In this document: positions 12,060 through 24,456 of the stretch, in pieces
How positions within the stretch are numbered: position 1 is the first letter of the stretch
Layout: each line of letters starts with the position of its first letter
Source: Eledone cirrhosa
Taxonomy: Eukaryota
NCBI GenBank assembly: GCA_964016885.1
Contig: OZ024744.1
Span: forward strand, 34,100,001-34,164,000
Length of the DNA: 64,000 nucleotides
Direction of reading: 5' to 3'
Position numbers and translations under genes: made by a program
Notes under the pieces: generated by a model
The model's input: the letters and a program-made list of their open reading frames with translations, nothing else
What the model was told of the DNA's origin: nothing
The model's database searches: none

Positions 12060-12114
12060 TTTTGAATTCATTTCTGGCGGGGATCATGGTGGAAGAAACT
12101 TAGTCCAGTCTGAG

Positions 12115-12204
12115 GTATCTCCTGAAGAGTTCCAGGCCTCGTGGATGTATCCAAGATTGGATATTTCCAAAAAGTGGAACGAAACCTCCGGTGGTCGAGA
12201 CTAC
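12115..12204 (+). ncRNA. Type I hammerhead ribozyme with elongated stem II
   Basis: GUA-UCUC-CUGAAGA-GUUCC-[42 nt]-GGAAC-GAA-ACC-UCCGGU-GGU-C|GAGA-C-UAC. All core nucleotides present, GUC triplet at 12194-12196. Confidence 0.75.
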
Positions 12205-12493
12205 GAGAATATTGGTAAAATTTATGTTCATTTTTCTTTAAACTTCTATTTTGTACCTAATTCCGTGTAGTTAACTATTTGTCTAGTCAATTTCTACAGG
12301 CTAGAAGAAATAATTAGATAAGTGTCATATGGCTGTACATCGCGGAAAATAATCTGTATCATTTGTCTATTACTTCTTCACAAGTACATTTAAAACTTAT
12401 TGCCCCCTTTAAATGATTTTTTATGTGGTTAATTTATACTGATTGAGAGAGGAAATACTGTATATATTTTATCTAATGATTCTTCGGACTTGC

Positions 12494-12543
<50 letters not shown>

Positions 12544-12545
<2 letters not shown>

Positions 12546-12673
12546 GAAAAAGTATGACACCGACGGCAGAGCTCAAGCCGTTTTGACGGCTATTTCTGGA
12601 CTAAGTATGAATTTAGTTCAGAAATAGCCGTCGAAACGACTTGAGCTCTGCCGTCGGGGTCATACTTTTTCCT
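12544..12673. repeat. Inverted repeat (~60-bp arms) between microsatellites
   Basis: AGGAAAAAGTATGAC...GACGGCTATTTCTG...CAGAAATAGCCGTC...GTCATACTTTTTCCT. Confidence 0.95.
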
Positions 12674-12751
12674 ATTTCCCACTCTACTACCCTAAGTATT
12701 GAGTACTCTGGTGCGTTATAGTCCATTTGGTTCCTTACCAAAATTCCTTTG

Positions 12752-12789
<38 letters not shown>

Positions 12790-12792
<3 letters not shown>

Positions 12793-14367
12793 AGGAGGTT
12801 ATAGTTCACTTGAAGCATTGTGTAATGAGGTATAAACGTTTGTATATGTATAATAAAGCCAAAACAATGCAGGTATGGACATAGAATAAAGAATGCAAAA
12901 GATATTGTTGACAATTAGTCTTTTACCTTAGATTTATTTAAATGTCCTTAATTTTCGAGATAATATCTCTTCTTCGGAGAGAAGTAAAGCGGTTAAACCA
13001 GTTTTCTAAATAGCTTGCCAAGTCATGCTGACAGGAAATGGTATAGAGTATCTGTTCTATCTCTAATGTGAAAGAGTTAACGTTAGGTGGATAAAGAGAA
13101 GTCTCCCTTTAAAAGGTGTTTTTTTTTGTACATGCCTGTTTAAGTGTGTGGGAGAATGCATGAATGTGTATGTGAGTGTGTGTGTGTGAGTGTGAGAAGA
13201 TATTTCTATACGTAAATGTGGAGGATAGATGTTATCTCGTGTTAGAACTGGTCTTTGTGTGTGTATGTGTGTGTGTGAGAGAGAATAAGTGGTGCTGTAA
13301 GCGTGTCGTGTGTGTGTGTGGGGGGGGGGTTGTAAATATGGTGCTAGAAGCTCTATCAAGTTATAAATTGGGTGTTGAGTTCTAGTCTATTATTGATTGG
13401 TGGTTGTGTTTTGTCTATAATTACTGCTTCCTTAATTCTAAGATTGCCGAGGTTTCTTTCCTTAGTTTCTATCCTAACTGTTATGGTTTTGTCGGTGTTT
13501 TTGCATTTAACTAGGTGTTTCTTAAATGAGGAAGCGTTAGTATTGAGGTGTTCTTTTATTCTTATGTGGAGTGGTCTGGTGGTGCTACCTACGTAGAAGT
13601 TGCTGCATTTGTCACACTCTAGTCTGTATACGACGTAAGCCTGGTGGCATAGGTCTGTGTCGTTGATGGGGCAGTTGGCTATCCTGCAGCAGTTGTCATG
13701 TCTGGTGGAGTGTCTTTTGGTTAGCTGTCCGCGTAGAGAAGGACCTGAGTGGGCCAGTTGGATATCTAGTCCCTCTCGTCTGATAGCTCTGCGGATGGCT
13801 GTTGTTGTTTCGTCACTGAAGTGTGGGAGCTTCAGGAAGCAAGTGTTAGTGCCTCGGGTTGGTGTCCTCTGTTCTTTCTGGCACGGTTTGTGGTGGATGT
13901 CGTGTATCCGTTCAGTTTGAGTACTTCCAGGAAATGTGTGGTGTGTGTGTCTCGGTCTCTAGCGTCGGTGCATTTGTTCCGGATACGTGTAAGTTCGTTC
14001 CTTACGTATCCGAACTTAGCGCCGGCTGGGAGGGCCGATCTGAAATGTACAAACAGGTCCCTGCTGGCGGCTTTTTTATAGAAGCACGTGTGGATGTTGC
14101 CTTCCTCTGTTACCCTGAGTTGGAAGTCCAGTAGGGATAGGGATCCGCGGTCATCGGATTGTTCCATGCTGAACTTTATACTGGCGTTCATGCTGGAGAA
14201 TGTTGTGTATATTTTATCTGCCTCCTCACGGGATGATGTAAGGATGAGTATGTCATCTACATATCGGGTGAAGAAGGTATGGGAATGGCAGGTATTGAGG
14301 GCTCGGCATTCTAGCTGGTTCATATAGGTGATGGCCAGCAGGCCCGATAGGCTGGATCCCATGGGAT
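12790..14367 (-). mobile_element. 5'-truncated Penelope-like retroelement (RT C-half plus GIY-YIG)
   Basis: ORF 13832-14440: [11 protein letters not shown]...TRYVDDIL...LSLLD. At ~13540-13650: VVYRLECDKCSNFYVGSTTRPLHIRIKEHL. Confidence 0.92.
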
Positions 14368-14396
14368 GCACACGCATATATACATACAATTTTATA

Positions 14397-14476
14397 ATAT
14401 AAACATAACCATAATTATAATTATATACACATATAGACAAAAATGTATACGTATATACATATACACATACATATAC

Positions 14477-14554
<78 letters not shown>

Positions 14555-14620
14555 GTATGTATATACGTATACATTTTTGTCTATATGCGTATATAATTAT
14601 AATTATGGTTATGTTTATAT
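14397..14620. repeat. Palindrome (~64-bp arms) centred on (TA)n
   Basis: ATAAACATAACCATAATTATAATTATATAC.CATATAGACAAAAATGTATACG recurs as its reverse complement at 14558-14620. Confidence 0.93.
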
Positions 14621-14639
14621 ATATATATCAAACAAAACA

Positions 14640-14996
14640 CTATACACACACGCAAACGCATGCGCAGAGAAGACAAAAAAATAAACAATTAAATATATAA
14701 ATAAACAGACTAAATAAAGATGGCGTAGGCATACAATGCAACGGGGGGAAACATAATAGCACCACTGACGATGTTGCAGATGTGCAACAGAAGAACTTTG
14801 TTAGACTATATATATGTGTTTGTGTCTATATTGTATCTGTATTTTTGACCGTTGGTCAGTCAATGGTAACATTGAGGAGCGAATAAATTAAATTAACCGA
14901 TATAAAGGACACAGAAGCGAAAACCAACCAAACAGTGAGTGGTTCTCTTATTAATTCTGGCAATATTATTACACAAATATGACCCTCCCCAAGAAT

Positions 14997-15002
<6 letters not shown>
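14640..15002 (+). mobile_element. Solo Penelope pseudo-LTR-like segment (homolog of 3715-4045)
   Basis: Reverse-complement similarity, e.g. ATGACCCTCCCCAAG and ACCACTGA.GATGTTGCAGATG.GCAAC. Confidence 0.7.
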
Positions 15003-15031
<29 letters not shown>

Positions 15032-15349
15032 AATTAACGTATAGAAATTGTTGTGAGCGTGAAGCCAACAGTATTTCATAATATATAAGTGACTATAACG
15101 TCAAGATGGAAAAATAGTTAACGTAAATTCATACGAAAAGTAAATTGACAATATCTTCTTCTTCACCCACTTATTTCTGAGAGGGTTGCGGGGGCAGTTT
15201 CACTTTTCTTTGTATATTTTATACTTGTTAGTGTTTGCGTTCTGTAACCATTATATTAAAGGAGATTTTTAAATAAAGAGTTAATAAATAAATAAAACGT
15301 TATACTTGTATTACCCTCCCATTTCCACTTCACCGAACGCTATCATGAC

Positions 15350-16320
15350 TGTATGTGTGTGTAAATGTATATGTTTGAATGTATGTATGTTTGTGTGAAA
15401 GCATGTATGAATGTATGAATGTTTGTGTAAATGTATATGTATGAATGTATGTATATTTGTGTAAATGTATATGTATGAATGTATGTATATTTGTGTAAAT
15501 GTATATGTATGAATGTATGAATGTTTGTGTAAATGTATATGTATGAATGTATGAATGTTTGTGTAAATGTATATGTATGAATGTATATATATTTGTGTGA
15601 AAGTATGTATATTTGTGTGAATGTATGTATATTTGTGTGAAAGTATGTGTGAATCTATGTATATTTGTGTGAAAGTATGTGTGAATGTATGTATATTTGT
15701 GTGAATGTATGTATGTTTGTGTGAATGTATGTATATTTGTGTGAAAGTATGTGTGAATCTATGTATATTTGTGTGAAAGTATGTGTGAATGTATGTATGT
15801 TTGTGTGAAAGTATGTGTGAATGTATGTATATTTGTGTGAATGTATGTGTGAATGTATGTATGTTTGTGTGAACGTATGTGTGAATGTATGTATGTTTGT
15901 GTGAAAGTATATGGGAATGTATGTATGTTTGTGTGAAAGTATGTATATTTGTGTGAATGTATGTATATTTGTGTGAATGTATATATATTTGTGTGAAAGT
16001 ATGTATATTTGTGTGAAAGTATGTATATTTGTGTGAAAGTATGTGTGAATGTATGTATGTTTGTGTGAAAGTATATGTGAATGTATGTATGTTTGTGTGA
16101 AAGTATGTGTGAATGTATGTATATTTGTGTGAATGTATGTATATTTGTGTGAATGTATGTATGTTTGTGTGAATGTATGTATAGTTGTGTGAAAGTATGT
16201 GTGAATATATGTATATTTGTGTGAAAGTATGTGTGAATGTATGTATGTTTGTGTGAACGTATGTATATTTGTGTAAATGTATATGTGAATGTATGTATTA
16301 TTGTGTGAATGTTTGTATAT
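15350..16320. repeat. ~20-bp degenerate minisatellite (GTGTGAATGTATGTATATTT)
   Basis: Directly visible. Confidence 0.9.
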
Positions 16321-16619
16321 TTCTTCCTTCCTCAGTTATCTCTACTGAGTTACGAACAAATACACAAGGCTATTATATTTGTGGATTGTAATCATTTAAG
16401 ACACAGTAATGTACCTCACTATGGTCTGCTCCCTAGGTGGCTGTGTAGTTGGCCTAAATGGTATTGCCGGCCTTGGGTGTGATTTTTCTATTTGTAACAT
16501 GTTGACGGTTACGCTTCAATAAATTATATTCTTCAATAAAAAAAATTACGTTATCTAAAAGTCCTATTCTACAATTTAAGTTGTAGTTGTTTCGCTCAAG
16601 TTTTGTTCCCAACTTTTAA

Positions 16620-16775
16620 TATGTCGACAGCCTGTATCTCCTAGATGTTTCAAGTGTGATAGCAGCTGTATACAAACATGCATTAGTTGTGTAATATTTG
16701 GTATCAGATGTTTTCACATAGTCTTTAACAATATCGTCGATAACATTTATCACGAGAGGGTTTCGTTTTTTCTTA
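16620..16775 (-). pseudogene. R4/Dong-like N-terminal fragment
   Basis: ...YYTTNACLYTAAIT resembles the N-x2-LYxAA motif of R4-clade ORFs. Confidence 0.35.
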
Positions 16776-16789
16776 ATCTCGTAAAAGGG

Positions 16790-16933
16790 AAAAAAGAAAA
16801 AAGAAAAAAAAAAAAGAAAAAAGAAAAAAGAAAAAAGAAAAAAGAAAAAAGAAAAAAGAAAAAAGAAAAAAGAAAAAAGAAAAAAGAAAAAAGAAAAAAG
16901 AAAAAAGAAAAAAGAAAAAAGAAAAAAGAAAAA
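16790..16933. repeat. (AAAAAAG)n repeat
   Basis: Directly visible. Confidence 0.97.
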
Positions 16934-17059
16934 CCACAAAAAAAGAAACGGCTTGTTGTCTAAATATAGTTTCTAGAAACACCCCACAAAACAGTGCTTT
17001 TTAAATTGTTTTTAAACTATATATATTCTACAGTAATCTTTTCCGAATCAGTCTTATGG

Positions 17060-17930
17060 AACCCAATGTAATCGAGGAACGTGAGGGCTCCTACGAGACA
17101 TGGAACCGGCTCGGACTCAGCCCAATAGACGTTCCTTCTCCTTTCACTCCTATTGACGTCAAGTCCCCCCAGAGCATTTGGGATGCCAACCAGTGCAACC
17201 TGACCTCGGACAAATTAGCGCGCCAGCTCGACCAGCACCTCCTCGCGTGTTTTCGCTCGGCCTTGCAATCCCACACTGGTTCCTGGCTCCATGCCTTACT
17301 CTTTTTTTCTACTGGCACGAAACTAAACAATGAAACCCTGCCTATCGGGGTTTCCCTGAAGCTTGGCCTCCATATCTGCAAGCCACACAAATGTCACCGT
17401 AGACTCTTTCGGTCTCCACTCGCTTTCCTGTTGCTAGAGTGCCGGCCGGTTTCAATGCCATGCTGCTTTCAACAAGGCCATAAAACATGGTTTGGATGTT
17501 GCAGGCGTTCCCTTCCAGCTCCAGCCGGTGGGCTTGGATCAGGGGACGGCAAAAAGCCAAACGGCTTGACCATCTTCCTGTTCCGCGGAGGTAAACCCTT
17601 GTCTGAGATGCCACATGCAGCGACACATTCTCCAGCGGCAACCTGGTGCAGTCTGTAACTAACGCAGGCTCTGCTGCAGTTCGGGCTGAGAAGGGTAAAC
17701 TCTCCAAGTATCGCTCACTCTCCGACAGATTTGCAATCGAGGCCCTAGCAGTGAAGACTTCTGGTGTCCTTGGCCCTAGGGCTATCTCCCTACTCACCAT
17801 CATAAGCTCTGAGCCGGCTAGCCGCAAGTGTGAGCCTCGCGAGATAGAATTGCACATCCAATGCATCTCCCTCACCATCCTCGTCTTTTCCATTCTGGTC
17901 GTGGGGCGGCCAGCACGAGATGGGAGGGCG
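17060..17930 (+). mobile_element. CRE-clade non-LTR retrotransposon 3' fragment (Zn finger plus RLE)
   Basis: GSWLHAL...VSLKLGLHICKPHKC...DGKKPNGLTIF...AEKGKLSKY...LAVKTSGVLG. Confidence 0.8.
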
Positions 17931-18084
17931 AGAGAGATGGAGGTGATGACAGTCGGAGTTCGGCTCCTCTTCATTCGGATCCGGTGTACGTGTGTATGTG
18001 TGCTTCCTTCTATTCATTCGATATGACATATTTTAAACTTGTCATCAAAAAACAACTAAACCTGGAAGAAACATATGGAAAACT

Positions 18085-18290
<206 letters not shown>

Positions 18291-18529
18291 TAATAATAAT
18301 AAATTTGAAGACTAAAATCCAAAGTATCGTCTTCCTGTCTTCCTCCGGTTGCAACGTTTTTTTAAATATTCACTTCTGCGTTCACAGATTTACTTTGTTA
18401 ATTTCAGAAGATCCCGTTAAGGGTGAAAGCAGCGATTCTTTGCTTAAACTTCAATCTGTTATTTTAATAAATATATATATACATAAATATATATAGATGT
18501 ATGTGTACAAAACATACTCACGCACATAG

Positions 18530-18766
18530 AAAGGCAAAGCTCACCTCGGTTGGATGTGTGAATTCTATGCACCAAAGTATGTTATCCAACACTCTACAGA
18601 TACTACTAATCCACCCCAGTACTTGACTGGTACTTTTTTTATCGACCTTAAATGGACGAAAGGTAAAGTTGACCTTGGCAAGATTTGAACCCAGAGAGTA
18701 GAGAGTCTGAACGAATACTGCAAATCATTTCATCTAACGTTATCATGTTTCTGACAATTCGCCGCC
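18530..18766 (-). mobile_element. SINE (full copy ~18614-18766 plus an adjacent partial head)
   Basis: CCCCAGTACTTGACTGGTACTT..ATCGACC..GAAAGGTAAAGTTGACC..TTTGAAC..AATTCGCCGCC. Confidence 0.8.
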
Positions 18767-18889
18767 TTAAGAAAGTATACACAGTATTTTTTATTAATAA
18801 AACTAGATCCATATTCCGTATTTCTTAATTAATAGTATTTAACTGAGAAACTAATCCGTAGCTTCGTAGTATTTTGTTTTCTTTGTTTC

Positions 18890-19140
18890 CATTAGTCAAG
18901 GTCAAAGTTTTGAAGGGGAAGGAAGTAGTTGATTAAATCTTCCTGAGTACACATACAGACAAAACCATTTCGTCTATGAATGTCATTAGGTTTTTTATTT
19001 AAATGAATGACATTGTGTTATCATCAATAGAGGTATGAAAAGGTAAAGTCCAACCAGCGGGGTTTGAACCTAGCACACAGAAGGGTTTAATTAGATACAG
19101 GTAAGTTTCAACCTATCACGCAGAAGGCCGTAACTAGACA
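18890..19140 (-). mobile_element. Highly degenerate SINE
   Basis: ATGAAAAGGTAAAGTCCAACCAGCGGGGTTTGAACC remnant. Confidence 0.5.
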
Positions 19141-20447
19141 CAGAGATTATTAAAATAATATCGAAAAAATCGATCAAAATTCAACCAAATAGAGAGATAA
19201 AGAAAGATACAGTGAGAGTGAGGGGGGGGGGGAGGGGGCAGTTTCAGAGAATACATTAATTATTACCAAATCTATTCAGGATATCGTGTTGTTGCCAACA
19301 AATAAAAAACTTCTTATATAGTATTGCATGAGATATGATAATGTAAATATATACATATATATATACATATATATATATGTTTTTGCTTTCTCTATGGAAG
19401 CCCTTGTTGAGTGCTTCATGGCCCGTTCATTTTTTCAATTCGAATCTGTGCCATTGTGTTCCCTGCAAACTGTCTGGACTAGCTTACCTCCTCTTTGGTT
19501 ACAAGTCAGATGCCACTGAAAGACTACCCTACTACACTGGCCAATGTCCATCGGAGTAGTGTGGTGAATAGCTGGTGAGAACTATCCGTTTCAGTAAAGC
19601 TAATCCTTGCTGATGATGCGACTCAGGCCACTTACGTAATGTTTACTAACGTTACTTAATTTCTGCACATGGTAGTTCCATTTGGACCGCCACAAGCAGA
19701 TGGATTCGCACTAATTATCGTATAATTGTGTACTCTAATATTCTTGGGTTGCCGTCTTAATGATACTGACTTGATTAAATTATTGAATGAGTGAGTGAGA
19801 AAACGACCGAAACTATTCGATAGTTTCGTTTCATTATTACACACACACACAAACATATATATATATAGAGAGAGGGAGTGGGAGAGAGAGAGAGAGAGAG
19901 AGAGAGAAGTGCGCTAGCAGGCGAAGTGTACGACAAAGTTATATCTATGAACACAGAGTCTATAACCGAGACTACAACACATATCGAAAATATAAGCATG
20001 TAAACATCCCAGAAAATACGAATTTCCTTGTAAATTGAAAAAGTGATAAACATCTTTAATCGATTATTCTGATCTAATCAGACCCTCAGCAGACTGCGTT
20101 TATATCAATCAACCACAATGAAGCATATATTTCTTAGGTATATATACCAATTCACTGTTAGTATTATTTTGAAACGGGCATACTAATTTGCATATAATTA
20201 GCGCTAGTGCTGGTAATTAATTAACATATGTATTAAGAAGTTATAATACTGGGAATAAAATAAACAACTTGTCCTGTTCTTTTGTGCTGCACCACTATGG
20301 GGTTTGGAGGTAGAATGGTAACATGTCAGATGATGCTGGTCAGGCAGGTGTACAAGACAATCCGAAGACTTGTCACATTGGATTGTATACCATTTACTTT
20401 GGAGAGACTGGAAGACCATAGAGTGTAGTGGGAACTGGATGTCTGTA

Positions 20448-22500
20448 GTGTGGAGGTGAGACTGAACATTCACTGAGTGGAGGGGAGACTGGACATTCAC
20501 TGAGTGGAGAGGAGACTGGACATTCACTGAGTGGGGGGGGGGAGACTGGACATTCACTGAGTGGATGGGAGACTGGACATTCACTGAGTGGAGAGGAGAC
20601 TGGACATTCACTGAGTGGAGGTGAGACTGGACATTCACTAAGTGGAGGAGAGACTGGACATTCACTGAGTGGAGGGGAGACTGGACATTCACTGAGTGGA
20701 GGGGAGATTGGACATTAACTGAGTGGAGGGGAGACTGGACATTCACTGAGTGGAGGTGAGACTGGACATTCACTGAGTGGAGGTGAGACTGGACATTCAC
20801 TGAGTAGAGGGGAGACTGGATATTCACTGAGTAGAGGGGAGACTGGACATTCACTGAGTGGAGGGGAGACTGGACATTCACTGAGTGGAGGGGAGACTGG
20901 ACATTCACTGAGTGGAGGGGAGACTGGACATTCACTGAGTGGAGGGGAGACTGGACATTCACTGAGTGGAGGTGAGACTGGACATTCACTGAGTGGAGGG
21001 GAGACTGGACATTCACTGAGTGGAGGGGAGACTGGACATTCACTGAGTGGAGGGGAGACTGGACATTCACTGAGTGGAGGGGAGACTGGACATTCACTGA
21101 GTGGAGGGGAGACTGGACATTCACTGAGTGGAGGGGAGACTGGACATTCACTGAGTGGAGGGGAGACTGGACATTCACTGAGTGGAGGGGAGACTGGACA
21201 TTCACTGAGTGGAGGTGAGACTGGACATTCACTGAGTGGAGGTGAGACTGGACATTCACTGAGTAGAGGGGAGACTGGACATTCACTGAGTGGAGGGGTG
21301 ACTGGACATTCACTGAGTGGAGGGGAGATTGGACATTAACTGAGTGGAGGTGAGACTGGACATTCACTGAGTGGAGGTGAGACTGGACATTCACTGAGTA
21401 GAGGGGAGACTGGATATTCACTGAGTAGAGGGGAGACTGGACATTCACTGAGTGGAGGGGAGACTGGACATTCACGAAGTGGAGGAGAGACTGAACATTC
21501 ACTGAGTGGAGGTGAGACTGGACATTCACTGAGTGGAGGGGAGACTGGACATTCACTGAGTGGAGGGGAGACTGGACATTCACTGAGTGGAGGGGAGACT
21601 GGACATTCACTGAGTGGAGGGGAGACTGGACATTCACTGAGTGGAGGGGAGACTGGACATTCACTGAGTGGAGGGGAGACTGGACATTCACTGAGTGGAG
21701 GGGAGACTGGACATTCACTGAGTGGAGGGGAGACTGGACATTCACTGAGTGGAGGGGAGATTGGACATTAACTGAGTGGAGGGGAGACTGGACATTCACT
21801 GAGTGGAGGTGAGACTGGACATTCACTGAGTGGAGGTGAGACTGGACATTCACTGAGTAGAGGGGAGACTGGATATTCACTGAGTAGAGGGGAGACTGGA
21901 CATTCACTGAGTGGAGGGGAGACAGGACATTCACTGAGTGGAGGGGAGACTGGACATTCACTGAGTGGAGGGGAGACTGGACATTCACTGAGTGGAGGGG
22001 AGACTGGACATTCACTGAGTGGAGGGGAGACTGGACATTCACTGAGTGGAGGGGAGACTGGACATTCACTGAGTGGAGGGGAGACTGGACATTCACGAAG
22101 TGGAGGAGAGACTGAACATTCACTGAGTGGAGGTGAGACTGGACATTCACTGAGTGGAGGGGAGACTGGACATTCACTGAGTGGAGGGGAGACTGGACAT
22201 TCACTGAGTAGAGGGGAGACTGGACATTCACTGAGTGGAGGTGAGACAGGACATTCACTCAGTGGAGGTGAGACTGGACATTCACTGAGTGGAGGGGAGA
22301 CTGGACATTCACTGAGTGGAGGGGAGACTGGACATTCACTGAGTAGAGGGGAGACTGGACATTCACTGAGTGGAGGTGAGACAGGACATTCACTCAGTGG
22401 AGGGGAGATTGGACATTCACTGAGTGGAGGGGAGACTGGACATTCACTGAGTGGAGGGAAGATTGGGCGTCTGTAGAGTGGAGGGGAGACTGAACATTTA
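20448..22500. repeat. 27-bp minisatellite (GGGGAGACTGGACATTCACTGAGTGGA)n, ~75 units, with a degenerate flank to ~22830
   Basis: Directly visible. Gives the HSVNVQSPL repeat ORF. Confidence 0.97.
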
Positions 22501-23555
22501 CTGAGTGGAGGGGAGATTGGACGTCATCTGTGGAGGGGAGACTGGAAATCGACAGAGTGGATGTGAGACTGATGTCAAGATTGGAGGGGGAGACTTGACG
22601 ACCAGAGAGAAAAGGGGTGATTGGACGTCTACAGAGTGGAGGGGAGACTTGAGGTTTACGGAGTAGAGGGATTGGAGAGGAGATTGGAAGTCCACAGAGT
22701 ATAGTGGGGGCTGGACGTCATCAGAGTTGAGGGAGACATGAGGTATACAGTGTGGAGAGGTTATTGGTCGTACAGAGATTGGAGGGAAACTGGACACCCA
22801 CGGAGAAGAAGGGAGACTGGATGTCCACAGAATGGAAGACAAGTTGGCTCCAAGTCACATAAACCACCCCCAGTTACCTGATCATAGTTAGCACTCAGGT
22901 GTTGTGGAAGACTTTATTGATCAGGGGGTACGACATGAGGTCAAAGACGAAAGAAATGCCGGCAATGACAATGAAACTAGAGAGCGGAGACCAAGACCAT
23001 AGTATTTCAGAGGTAATGAGACCTATTGTAATTTTATGTCTTCAAACTGAACATTACATATCTCCTCTAAACCACACAGTGAGATGAGGGGTAACTGTAA
23101 CAGGTATCACTACGAAAGATATACAAAAGCTTCAGTAGGGTGAAAGTATTCCTCAGCAGGAACCGGACCGTATGTACGTCAAAGTTGCTAGAGTAGAGTG
23201 ATTTTATTTATCAGTTCTATACTTTAATTCCTCTGTTAATATAAATATAATTGAAATGAAATAACGACATGCAGTCTCACTAAATACGGGATCTTGAGAT
23301 TTACCAGCAAGCAGGGACAGTGTTATTATTAAGTCCAACTAGGCAACCGACTGGGGTGCATACTTCTGTGAGTCACGTTTTTAACCCGTAATTCCTATGG
23401 TAGTTGTAGGAACACCTTACTAAGATACGGCGTTTATAGGGCATTTTAAAATTGGCGGTGTCCATCTCCTATCCGCGTCTGAATGCAGCAGATTTCTTCT
23501 AGAGGATAGAGAGTGTGACAGAAAGGAAGTGAGAAAGAGATATAAAGGAAGAATC

Positions 23556-23710
23556 TACTCCAGTACTTGACTGGTACTTGATTTTATCGACCTCAAGTGG
23601 ATGAAAGAAAGTTGACCTCAGTTAGATTTAAACTCAGAGAGCAGAACGCCTAACTGAATACTGCAAAGCATTCTATCTGACGTTCTAACGGCTCTGTTAA
23701 TTCACCGCCT
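23556..23710 (-). mobile_element. tRNA-derived SINE
   Basis: CAGTACTTGACTGGTACTTGATTTTATCGACC...AATTCACCGCC. Confidence 0.8.
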
Positions 23711-24134
23711 GTGAGACACGTTACTGAACCTAAAACTATCAAAGTTTTATACAAATTTGTATAATTAAATTAAATCTCCCTCTCTATAAAATTCTTTGTC
23801 GATCTGTCTTTCTGACTTTTCCTTATGAATTCCTAAACAGCTCAACCAATTCAAATCAAATTTTACAAGGTAATAGTATCAGACCCCATGAGTGTCACCA
23901 TATATTTTTTATTTTCTAACATCAACGAAGAAATCATCCGGGGTATGTTAACCAAGCTGACTGTTATTTCTAGCAGGGTGGGAATAAACCATAGTTGTCA
24001 ATGATCGTGTTTCGAGGTCAGCTTCTCTAATTCGAAAGCTGACCTACACACATACACACAAACACACACACAAATACATACATACACATACACGTGCGCG
24101 TATACACACACATATGTATATATATATACAAATA

Positions 24135-24442
24135 TCTATATCTTTAACTACTAATATAATAGCCTAGTGTATTTGTCCGTCACACACTAGAGATGACTGA
24201 GGAAGGAAGGGGTGATTATGTTGACTGAAGGAAGGGGTGTCTATTACTGAGGGGGGGGGGGGGGAGAAACTAGGATTCCAGCGTTGTAATATTCATCACA
24301 TCTATCTGTTTGTATGTTTGTATCATTTGTGTGAGTAACCGCGAAGGATCTAACCAACCAACTAACCAACAAATACCTGTCTTTTATATTATGTACAGAT
24401 ATTACAATTAGCCATCATTTTTGACGCCACGGGGCCAGCTAG
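24135..24442 (+). mobile_element. Non-autonomous Helitron
   Basis: A|TCTAT start; GACGCCACGGGGCCAGCTAG|T end. Confidence 0.6.
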
Positions 24443-24456
24443 TCTATATAAAATTA

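Noticed and set aside
12945-12985. Hammerhead-like motif at the Penelope 3' end (minus: CCGAAGA-A-GAGAUA-U-UAUCUC-GAAA)
   Set aside because: Conserved U4 is C and stems I/III pair poorly; at best an inactive relic.
20204-22258. 684-aa HSVNVQSPL repeat protein
   Set aside because: Expected from a 27-bp stop-free unit. GTG start only, adjacent units contain TGA, and there is no unique domain or splice evidence.
20448-22500. CRISPR-like array
   Set aside because: Pure tandem repeat with no unique spacers, no cas genes, eukaryotic context.
22930-22960. ATGAG-GTC-AAA-GAC-GAAA hammerhead-like stretch
   Set aside because: No CUGA box and no stem I/III pairing.
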